A DNA stretch of 64,000 bases from Candidatus Berkelbacteria bacterium (GTDB taxonomy: Bacteria; Patescibacteriota; UBA1384; XYA2-FULL-43-10; 1-14-0-10-43-13): the NCBI GenBank assembly GCA_037143235.1, contig JBAWZC010000002.1, positions 47,186 to 111,185 of the forward strand, written 5' to 3'. The position numbers and the translations under genes are program-made. The notes beneath the pieces were generated by a model, which worked only from the letters and a program-made list of their open reading frames with translations, had not been told where the DNA came from and did not search any database. Positions 56,488 to 64,000 of the stretch are shown here, piece by piece (position 1 is the stretch's first letter; every line of letters starts with the position of its first letter).

Positions 56488-57963
56488 TTACAACACAGAA
56501 TCAGCAATTTTATTTACCGCGTCCTTGAATCTTTCGCCCCTATCTTTGTAATTCTTGAACATATCAAAGCTTGCACATGCCGGAGAAAATAATACCACAT
56601 CGCCCGTGACAGCAACGGCCTTCGACTGTTTTACGATCTCATCTATATCACCAACTCCATCAATTATCTGACCAATATAATCATTTTCGAGCAATGATGC
56701 TCTGATCTTTGGACCCTCCGCACCAATAACAACGACGGCCTTAACATTGTTTTGAGTGATTACTTTTGCCATTTCTGAAAAATCAGCACCCTTAGAGCTT
56801 CCGCCCAGTATTAATATTTTCGGACTCTCAAATGATTCAATGGCAGCAATGGTCGGCCCAGGATTTGTCGCAAAAGAATCGTTGACATATGTTACACCGT
56901 CAATTTCTCTAACGAACTCTAAACGATGAGGCAAGCCGATGAATTCTTTGACAGCCGATGATATAATTTTTAAATCAATGTTAAGCAGACGAGCCGCCAA
57001 AGCTGCTGCGGCAATATTCTCCAAATTGTGCCTGCCCAACAACTTTATTTCAGTTAAATCGCATATTTTTTCTTTTCTCCCATCCTCGTGAAGAAAAACT
57101 GCATATGTATTCATATATTTCTCTATCGTAGCGTCAACATCGTTTTTTGATTTGGAAAAGTATAATTTGCGAGATTTAACCATGTTTAACTCGCCATCAT
57201 CATATGACGAGTCAGCATTGATAACAGCAAAATCATTCTCCGTTTGATATTGAAAAATATTAAACTTCGCCTTGCGATACTCTACTTCAGATTGATGATA
57301 GTCAAGATGATCAACACCAAGATTTGTAAACACAGCAATGTGCGGACTTTTTTGCAGGTCAGCAAGCTGAAAATTTGACAGCTCTAGTATTACGATATCT
57401 TCTGATTTTAATTTATCTATCAACGAGATCGCCGGATAACCAATATTTCCAGCCAAATATACTGCCGGCGCTTCGCTTTTGCCATTGGACATTTGAACAT
57501 TGGAATTTGATTGGTAATTGGTAATTGGAAATTGGAAATTATTTTTAAGTATTTCATAAACCAACGAAGCAGTGGTTCCTTTACCTTTTGTCCCAGTAAT
57601 CCCAACTATTGGACAGGGACAAAGATCAAAAAATAGATCAATCTGCGAAGTTATGCATACCCCAGATTTTTTCGCTTCGACCAATTTTGGGTCATCGAAA
57701 TAGACCGCTGGAGAACGAAACACCATATCGTATTGATCTAAATTATCCAAATATTGCGGACCGAAAATTCTACTAATATTCTCATCAGCCAAGATGCTTA
57801 CAATTTTTTCACCTAGATCGGCTGGCATTTTCTTTCGATAATCTTCTTCAGTCTCCCTATCCAAGATTGTGATCTTGGCCCCTTTTTGACTAAGAAAATC
57901 CACCATAGCGACACCTTCGACCCAGAGACCAATAACCGCGACTTTTTTATTCTCGAAATTCAT
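56488..57963 (-). CDS. murD: UDP-N-acetylmuramoylalanine--D-glutamate ligase (contains in-frame satellite-encoded insert)
   Basis: 491 aa with Mur ligase P-loop GITGTKGKGTT. A 17-aa insert (SNSNVQMSNGKSEAPAV) is encoded by a ccaatt(t/a) microsatellite. Confidence 0.8.
   Translation of the reverse strand: MNFENKKVAVIGLWVEGVAMVDFLSQKGAKITILDRETEEDYRKKMPADLGEKIVSILADENISRIFGPQYLDNLDQYDMVFRSPAVYFDDPKLVEAKKSGVCITSQIDLFFDLCPCPIVGITGTKGKGTTASLVYEILKNNFQFPITNYQSNSNVQMSNGKSEAPAVYLAGNIGYPAISLIDKLKSEDIVILELSNFQLADLQKSPHIAVFTNLGVDHLDYHQSEVEYRKAKFNIFQYQTENDFAVINADSSYDDGELNMVKSRKLYFSKSKNDVDATIEKYMNTYAVFLHEDGRKEKICDLTEIKLLGRHNLENIAAAALAARLLNIDLKIISSAVKEFIGLPHRLEFVREIDGVTYVNDSFATNPGPTIAAIESFESPKILILGGSSKGADFSEMAKVITQNNVKAVVVIGAEGPKIRASLLENDYIGQIIDGVGDIDEIVKQSKAVAVTGDVVLFSPACASFDMFKNYKDRGERFKDAVNKIADSVL
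57487..57545. repeat. in-frame AT-rich microsatellite within murD (aatttccaatt/aattaccaatt units)
   Basis: cattggaatttgattggtaattggtaattggaaattggaaattatt. The same motif family occurs in intergenic regions at 33961-34010, 62441-62480, 62741-62850 and 63290-63360. Confidence 0.55.
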
Positions 57964-58982
57964 TAGATCGTTCCCCTACCTACCAAGGCAATAGCCAAAC
58001 CAGCAACAGATGAAATAGCACTGATAATCCAAAAGCGCATCACAATCTTGCCCTCTGGCCAACCGATGGCTTCGAGATGATGATGAAATGGCGAAGACAA
58101 AAAGATCTTTTTACCATTTCTAAATTTCTTGGAAAGCATTTGGATAATAAAACTCAGACCTTCCAAAGTGAAAACGAGAGTAACCAGCGGTAACACTACT
58201 ACCGCATTTGTTTGAAAGGCAATTACTGCCAAGGTCATACCCAGAGCCATACTGCCAGTATCACCCATAAAAAAGCGGGCTGGAGGTATATTGAACCAAA
58301 GAAAAGCCAATAAAGCCCCCATGACAGTGGCGCAGAAAATTGCGAGCGGCTCTCGCCCTTCGACCAAAGCCAGCAAACCGTAGGCTCCATAAGAAAAAGC
58401 AAAGATGCCACCAGCAAGACCGTCCAAACCATCTGTCTCATTTGAAGCAAATGCTACCCAAACCAAAGTAACAATGAACAAGGGCACATACCACAGACCG
58501 ATTGTGAAATCACCAATACCGGGTAGATGAATCGAGTTCCAGCCAAGCTTGGAGTAGAACCACCAGGCCCCCACCGCTGCAATCGCGGCATAGACCGGAA
58601 ATTTCTGCCTAAAGGTTAGTCCGCCACCCTTTTCACCGATACCTTTGACATTTAAATAATCGTCAACCAAGCCAACAATACCTGTCGCAATCAAACAAAA
58701 CAGTACCAGCCAAGTGCCAGATCGAGAAAAGTTAAACAACAAAGTCAAAATTGCAACTGTGACCCAGATCAGAATTCCGCCCATGGTTGGGGTTCCCGCT
58801 TTTTTCGCATGCAAAGCCGCCATGATCGGCGCGCTTTTGGCATCACGAATCGTTTTACCAAGTTTATTTTTGTACAAAAAATCAGTCAAAAGCGGTGTCC
58901 AGAAAAAAGCAATCATGAAGCTCAGCGTTGCCATGCCGAAGAGACGGATCAAAGTGCCTGAATTAATTTCGAAAAATTCCAT
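57963..58982 (-). CDS. mraY: phospho-N-acetylmuramoyl-pentapeptide transferase
   Basis: 339 aa, 10 TM, with NIPPARFFMGDTGSMALG and DGLDGLAGG. Confidence 0.85.
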   Translation of the reverse strand: MEFFEINSGTLIRLFGMATLSFMIAFFWTPLLTDFLYKNKLGKTIRDAKSAPIMAALHAKKAGTPTMGGILIWVTVAILTLLFNFSRSGTWLVLFCLIATGIVGLVDDYLNVKGIGEKGGGLTFRQKFPVYAAIAAVGAWWFYSKLGWNSIHLPGIGDFTIGLWYVPLFIVTLVWVAFASNETDGLDGLAGGIFAFSYGAYGLLALVEGREPLAIFCATVMGALLAFLWFNIPPARFFMGDTGSMALGMTLAVIAFQTNAVVVLPLVTLVFTLEGLSFIIQMLSKKFRNGKKIFLSSPFHHHLEAIGWPEGKIVMRFWIISAISSVAGLAIALVGRGTI

Positions 58983-58991
58983 GGTACCTCG

Positions 58992-60269
58992 CTATTTAAT
59001 ACTTTTATAAAATTTATTTTTTACACTGGACCATTTCTTGCCTTGGCGAACCAAAAATTCATCAGCCTTTTTAGGATCTTGCATCAATACTTTAGTAATT
59101 TCTTCAAAATAATTATTATTCTGAGATGCTTTGACCAAGACCAAGTCACCCGCCAAGATTTCCAACCCAAGATTTTTGATGACAAGAGCCGGATGAATAT
59201 AAAAAACAGCTCTGTCGCCGATGACTTTAGCCATCGACTCTGCATTTGGTCCTGCAAGGACAAAATGGTCGATCTTGGTTTGTTTCAATTGCTCCGCGAC
59301 TGCAAGATGTTCAGGAACTTCTGCAGCACCCAACTCATTCATATTGCCAAGAATCATAACCTTGCGCAATGGAGACACCAATGAGTCCAAAAACATTGCC
59401 GCAGCCAAAACAGATGACGGATTCGCATTGTATGTATCATCGATAATCTGAACATTATTTTTTCCCAACAAAGGATTCATCCTCCCACTATAGGGATGAA
59501 TTTTCTCGAGTGATTTCGCAATCTGGATAGTCTGAATGCCAAGAGAAGATGCTATTGCAAAGGCAAAGAGATCAGCATACACAAGATGCTCACCAAGCAA
59601 CCTGCTGTTCACATGTGTCTTCTTCCCCGTAGAGACTACATCAAATTCGGTACCTGTCGAGGACAATTTAATATTCTCAGCTCTAAAATCAGCGTCCTTA
59701 TTCTTTACAGCAATAGTCGTCAACTTCAGCTCATCCAGTCGTGCCAAATGTTGATCGTCAATATTTACGAACCCTTTTTCTGCCGGAGATAAATATTTAA
59801 ATATTTTAAGCTTTTCCTGCTGATATTCTCCCAAATCCCTGAAATTTGCTAAGTGCGCACCCGTGATGCCAGTCACCGCAGCCATATTTGGTTTCACAAT
59901 TTCGCAAAGGCTCTCAATCCCTCTGGGATTGTCAATTCCCATCTCCAAAACCAAATATTTTGGGTATTTCTTTACAAATAGCCTACGCAAGGCGCCAAGC
60001 AAAAAAATCGGCCAAAAAATACCAAGCGGATAACTCGTGTAGCCCAAGATGGTCATCGGCAGACCAATTTCCGAATTTAAATTACCAAAATTTTTTCTGA
60101 CCTCTTCTGCGCCAAAATGATCAGACAAAACCTGATAAACAGCTTCTTTGGTTGAAGTTTTACCGGTAGATCCAGTAATGGCAATGACAAAAGGTTTGTG
60201 CCTAGCGATCACGAACCTGGCATAGCTAGCCAATATTTTATTCAAAATTGTTGTTAAGCTTTTTTTCAT
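58992..60269 (-). CDS. murF: UDP-N-acetylmuramoyl-tripeptide--D-alanyl-D-alanine ligase
   Basis: 425 aa with P-loop ITGSTGKTSTKE. Confidence 0.8.
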   Translation of the reverse strand: MKKSLTTILNKILASYARFVIARHKPFVIAITGSTGKTSTKEAVYQVLSDHFGAEEVRKNFGNLNSEIGLPMTILGYTSYPLGIFWPIFLLGALRRLFVKKYPKYLVLEMGIDNPRGIESLCEIVKPNMAAVTGITGAHLANFRDLGEYQQEKLKIFKYLSPAEKGFVNIDDQHLARLDELKLTTIAVKNKDADFRAENIKLSSTGTEFDVVSTGKKTHVNSRLLGEHLVYADLFAFAIASSLGIQTIQIAKSLEKIHPYSGRMNPLLGKNNVQIIDDTYNANPSSVLAAAMFLDSLVSPLRKVMILGNMNELGAAEVPEHLAVAEQLKQTKIDHFVLAGPNAESMAKVIGDRAVFYIHPALVIKNLGLEILAGDLVLVKASQNNNYFEEITKVLMQDPKKADEFLVRQGKKWSSVKNKFYKSIK

Positions 60270-60314
60270 CTATTTCACCAAATTTATTTTATCTCCAGCG
60301 GTATGGATCCAATG

Positions 60315-62033
60315 CTAGTTAATCGGCGTCAACCTATAATAATAATTTAACAGAAAAGAAGCAATTTGGCCAAATAATGGTGATGCTGTACTGCTCGAAA
60401 ATCTCGCTGAAGTCGGCTCATCAATCTTCACCAACATCACAAACCTTGGATCTTCGGTTGGTGCAACACCAGCCAAAGAGTGAATTGACTTTTTAGTGTC
60501 ATAACCGCCCTTCGGATCAGGCACCTGAGCCGTTCCGCTCTTAGCCCCGATATTAAAACCGGGAACCCTTGCCGCCATCGCCGAGCCATGCTCAGTCACC
60601 GCCTGAAGCATTCGCAGAACCTTTCCCGCCGTTTCCTCGGTAATAGCTCTCTTGCCCTCTTCGCGCACAGCTTGTTTGACCTCACCATTTGAGTAGATTG
60701 TTTTATCGATAATATGCGGCTCTATGATCACCCCCTTGTTGGCAAAGGCCGAATACGCCGTCAACAACTGCATTGGCGTCACAGAGGCACCCTGACCAAA
60801 AGAAATTGTCGCCCTGTTAATATCTCGCCAGTTTTTCAGCAAGGGAATTGTCCCCGCCACTTCATTGTTCAGCTGAGTACCAGTCTTTTCCATCAAGCCA
60901 AAAGCATCAAGATACTTATACATCATCTCTGACCCCATCTGTTCCGACAGCCAGACCATCGCTACATTATCAGAGTTCTCCAAAACCTGAGTCATCGTCT
61001 CTTCGCCGAATGCTTTTCTCTCAGCGGTTTCAATCGTATATTGACCAACTTTTACAGATTCGGCAAAAGTTCCCTTTGTCTCTGGAGTTACAATACCCTG
61101 CTCGATCGCCCCAGCCATCACTAACGGCTTCATCGTGCTTCCGGGTTCATAAACCATCGAAGTGACTGGATTGATAAACAAAGATGCATTTTCTGTTGCT
61201 GTTTTGCTGTAATTATTTGGATCAAAGCTTGGATTTGAAGCCATGGCCAAAATTCCTCCAGTTTTCACATCCATCACGATCACACTACCAGATTTTGCCC
61301 CGTACTTTTCAATACCTGCCGCCAATGTCTTCTCGACAAAATACTGAACGCTCCGATCGATCGTCAAAACATAGCTTGTGCCATTCTCTGGCGCTCGCTG
61401 AGAAAGCATAGAGATAATCCGGCCGTAAGTGTCCTTCTCTCCAGTGATACTCCCATCCTTACCTTTCAACACATCATTGTATTTTCCCTCGATACCATAA
61501 TTGCCCTCGCCGTCAGCGTTCACGAAGCCTAGGAGCTGAGAAGCCAATTGGCTTTCTGGGTAAAAACGACTATAGACAGGCACGATCAAGAGACCTTGAA
61601 AATGCTTGTCGTTAACGACTTTGGCTTCTTCGTAAGTCATGCCCGTCTTGAGCGGCGGAATATACGATTTGTTGTTGTTAATCTTGCCATAGATATCCAT
61701 CTGATTGAGCCCAAGTAACGGCGCAAGCTCTTTCGAGAGGTTCAATTTGTCTACAACCTGCATCGGTACCACCAGAATAGAATATTTCTTGATATCAAAA
61801 GCCAACGGATAATACGCCGTTGGGTCGGAAACTGAGTCATGAACATATATTTCGCCGCGATGTGCAATCTGAGTTTTTTCAAACTGCTGCTGACTCTGAG
61901 CCAGAGCAACATAATGAGAATTTTGCGTCACCTGTAGATCGAACAGTCGAAAACAAAAAATACCGGCCAGAGCAAGTACGATGATATTCAAAACCTTCAC
62001 CCGCCCATCAGTTGTTCGAGGCTGCTTGTACAT
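60315..62033 (-). CDS. ftsI: penicillin-binding protein 2/3 class B transpeptidase (FtsI)
   Basis: 572 aa with an N-terminal TM and a PBP dimerisation domain. Motifs STMKP, SDN-like and KSGTA. Confidence 0.8.
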   Translation of the reverse strand: MYKQPRTTDGRVKVLNIIVLALAGIFCFRLFDLQVTQNSHYVALAQSQQQFEKTQIAHRGEIYVHDSVSDPTAYYPLAFDIKKYSILVVPMQVVDKLNLSKELAPLLGLNQMDIYGKINNNKSYIPPLKTGMTYEEAKVVNDKHFQGLLIVPVYSRFYPESQLASQLLGFVNADGEGNYGIEGKYNDVLKGKDGSITGEKDTYGRIISMLSQRAPENGTSYVLTIDRSVQYFVEKTLAAGIEKYGAKSGSVIVMDVKTGGILAMASNPSFDPNNYSKTATENASLFINPVTSMVYEPGSTMKPLVMAGAIEQGIVTPETKGTFAESVKVGQYTIETAERKAFGEETMTQVLENSDNVAMVWLSEQMGSEMMYKYLDAFGLMEKTGTQLNNEVAGTIPLLKNWRDINRATISFGQGASVTPMQLLTAYSAFANKGVIIEPHIIDKTIYSNGEVKQAVREEGKRAITEETAGKVLRMLQAVTEHGSAMAARVPGFNIGAKSGTAQVPDPKGGYDTKKSIHSLAGVAPTEDPRFVMLVKIDEPTSARFSSSTASPLFGQIASFLLNYYYRLTPIN

Positions 62034-62059
62034 AGCTATACTATACCAGAAGATCGATA

Positions 62060-62398
62060 TTAATTTGAGGTCTTTTCAACCCCTTTGTACACTTCAAGAG
62101 GAGCTTTGGACACATCAGTGTCAATTTCTTTCAGAGCGCGTAGTCGTGTCTGCTCAGCTTCCAATCTTTCCTGTTCCAAAACCAGCTGTTCTTTGCTTCC
62201 CTCAAGGTTGCTAAATTTTGCACCTCTTGCGGCACCAGCAGTCGACTGAGTAAGATAGACAATCGCCAAAATAGCGAATATTGCTATCGTAATAAATTTG
62301 ATTGCGTTTGGTCCAATAACTATAGCCTTGTCGATCGATCGTTTTTTCTGGCCCAGATCGTTATTGTTTGAGTTTGTAAAAGTTAAAATTCTGCCCAT
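62060..62398 (-). CDS. ftsL: cell division protein FtsL-like
   Basis: 112 aa with one TM then a coiled coil (LVLEQERLEAEQTRLRALKE). Immediately upstream of ftsI. Confidence 0.5.
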   Translation of the reverse strand: MGRILTFTNSNNNDLGQKKRSIDKAIVIGPNAIKFITIAIFAILAIVYLTQSTAGAARGAKFSNLEGSKEQLVLEQERLEAEQTRLRALKEIDTDVSKAPLEVYKGVEKTSN

Positions 62399-62850
62399 GA
62401 TTCCTTTTTATTCGCTTGATTCACTTCGTTCGCTTAATTCTTAATCCATAATTCCTAATTCATGATTCATGATTCATGATTCACATTGCTATCTTCCAAA
62501 GATCACCAGCCAGCTTTTTGTTTTCGAGCGTTTTCTTGATATAATACATTTGAAACTTGATCCCGACTTCACTTTCGTGAAACGGGGTCTTTTTTTACGC
62601 TGTTAGTACGATCATTTTTGTTTTTGACTTCCCTCCCTTGTCCTCCTCCGAACGGCTCAAAGCCTCTCCAAATGAGGTCATTTGCGCTGGCTGTTGATCT
62701 CTGAAAAATAACTTTTTAATGTACCTTTTGATAAATTCCTAAATATCTAATTTCTAATTACTAAATCAATTATTAAATTCTTAAATTTTATTAATTTTGA
62801 AATTAGGATTTGATTTGAAAAATTGGATATTAGTAATTTAGAAATTTAAT

Positions 62851-63318
62851 TTAATCTGCCTGTAAGTTAGTCAATGTCTCGGCAACCTCCTCTGAACTTT
62901 CTTCCATCTCGTCTTTGAAACTCTTCCATACCTGCTCAGACCAGATCTCGATATAATCATATCCGCCAATGATAACAACTTTGTCTGTAATTTCTGCGAA
63001 ATCTTTCAGTGTCTGCGGGATATTGATCCGTCCGACCTTATCCACTTTTGCTTCATCGGCTGCAGAAAATATAAATCTTGAAAACGATCGTGCTTTTTGC
63101 GAAGTTTTGGGTAAAGCCGCTACCTTTCCTGCAATATTCTCCCACTCCTTCATCGGGTAAACCCACAAACATTTGTCCAAACCGCGAGTCACCACACAGC
63201 CATCCGCCAGTTTACCACGGAATTTTACCGGAAGAGAAACTCTCTTCTTTGCGTCAATTGCATGGTTGTATTCGCCGATGAACATATTTTTCCAAATTCT
63301 TAAATTCCAAATTTCCAA
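62851..63318 (-). CDS. mraZ: transcriptional regulator MraZ
   Basis: 155 aa with MFIGEYNHAIDAKKRVSLPVKFR and a second DxxxR repeat. Confidence 0.8.
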   Translation of the reverse strand: MEIWNLRIWKNMFIGEYNHAIDAKKRVSLPVKFRGKLADGCVVTRGLDKCLWVYPMKEWENIAGKVAALPKTSQKARSFSRFIFSAADEAKVDKVGRINIPQTLKDFAEITDKVVIIGGYDYIEIWSEQVWKSFKDEMEESSEEVAETLTNLQAD

Positions 63319-63642
63319 TTCTCTGAATCAAATCCCAATTTCTAATTCGCAAATCAACTGGAAACTGATTGGATAATTGAATCCTTAATTCCGAGAGTAG
63401 TGCCTATCTGTAAATCCGTTTAAATCTGTAATCTGTATGTTTCCACCACACTTAGCGTGGTACAAGGGACGCTCAGCGTCCCACTCTTTCCCACTTTCTC
63501 CCACTCAAGTACTATTTTATGCCAAAAATTCGTTTTATCCAATGCCCAAAGACCAGAAACTGTGGATACAAAAATCACCAGCTAGATTTAGTCGTTCTAG
63601 ACTGGTGATTTTTTGAATATTATCTTCTGTTTTTACTACAAA

Positions 63643-64000
63643 TTAGATCAATTTTGACTGTATCAGGCCGACGATATCATCTGTTGACACTCTCTCCTGT
63701 TTCATCGAATCACGATCACGCAATGTTACCATCTTATCAGTCAGAGAATCGAAATCGACGGTCACACACCATGGCGTCCCAATCTCATCCTGCCGACGAT
63801 AGCGACGACCAACCGAACCTGATTCATCATAAAAAGCACTGATGCCGGCCTTTTTCATTTTCTTGACAATTTCGCCTGCCATCTCGGGCAAATTTTCTTT
63901 CTTTACTAGTGGGAACACTGCAACTTTAACCGGCGCAATCTTGGGATCAAAACGCATCGTGACTTCCCCTGCTCCTCTCCCATCGCTACCATCTGATTCG
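63643..64000 (-). CDS. glyQS: glycine--tRNA ligase (dimeric GlyQS type), C-terminal anticodon-binding domain; 5' part beyond window
   Basis: GRRYRRQDEIGTPWCVTVDFDS is the class II GlyRS anticodon-binding domain signature. The ORF continues past position 64000. Confidence 0.6.
   Translation of the reverse strand, partial: ESDGSDGRGAGEVTMRFDPKIAPVKVAVFPLVKKENLPEMAGEIVKKMKKAGISAFYDESGSVGRRYRRQDEIGTPWCVTVDFDSLTDKMVTLRDRDSMKQERVSTDDIVGLIQSKLI

Noticed and set aside
1-64000. CRISPR array
   Set aside because: Many short repeats exist, but none are regularly spaced direct repeats of 25-40 nt separated by unique spacers. The repeats are palindromic REP/MITE-like or AT-rich satellites.

Overview
The window is a low-GC (~40%), gene-dense segment, about 85% of coding sequence on the minus strand, whose gene content and architecture resemble a CPR/Patescibacteria-like bacterium. 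Standard genetic code; no rRNA and no CRISPR array. (1) Positions 1-14.1 kb hold a type IV pilus (T4P) locus. It carries three pilin genes, prepilin peptidase, PilC, PilT, a 904-aa PilB with a long acidic low-complexity insert, PilN/PilO-like membrane proteins and two large secreted/glycine-rich proteins. The locus is interrupted by an IS200-like REP-associated tyrosine transposase (RAYT) flanked by REP palindromes. (2) Positions 14.4-22.7 kb hold a Y-family polymerase (dinB) with an in-frame 27-nt tandem-repeat insert. Next come an excisionase-like HTH gene, membrane proteins and a truncated serine-recombinase fragment abutting a rearranged tRNA cluster. That cluster contains Thr(GGT), Tyr(GTA), Thr(TGT), a Trp-like tRNA and a split or disrupted tRNA, plus an HTH/LAGLIDADG-like ORF. 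TPR, yaaT/ricT, holB, a zinc-ribbon protein and L28 follow. (3) Positions 22.8-36.4 kb hold an M50 protease, a GT39-like glycosyltransferase, CapA, a high-GC island encoding a Cys-rich protein, two ABC exporters, two tRNA-Pro genes, a GT4 enzyme and a 719-aa membrane protein with a PP2C-like N-terminal domain. (4) Positions 36.4-42.4 kb are an accessory-looking block. It has a small high-GC gene, a CYTH enzyme, a Cas4-like PD-(D/E)xK nuclease, a GNAT, a P-loop kinase and a coiled-coil protein. A PaaX-like gene in the block is bracketed by two ~42-nt palindromic direct repeats. (5) Positions 42.5-64 kb hold argS, tyrS, PBP1a, radA and recJ, then a division/cell-wall (dcw) cluster: ftsQ, murB, murC, murG, ftsW, murD, mraY, murF, ftsI, ftsL, [no rsmH], mraZ. 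The 3' end of glyQS runs off the window. Intergenic DNA is unusually rich in interspersed elements. These are two REP families, a MITE-like element with TGTCATTGCGAG termini, palindromes of the form gtcattcccgcgcaggcgggaat, and a conserved terminator hairpin, aaacacctca-N6-tgaggtgttt, in four copies. There are also AT-rich satellite motifs, one of them in-frame inside murD. All calls come from reading the sequence and ORF translations; no database searches were run.
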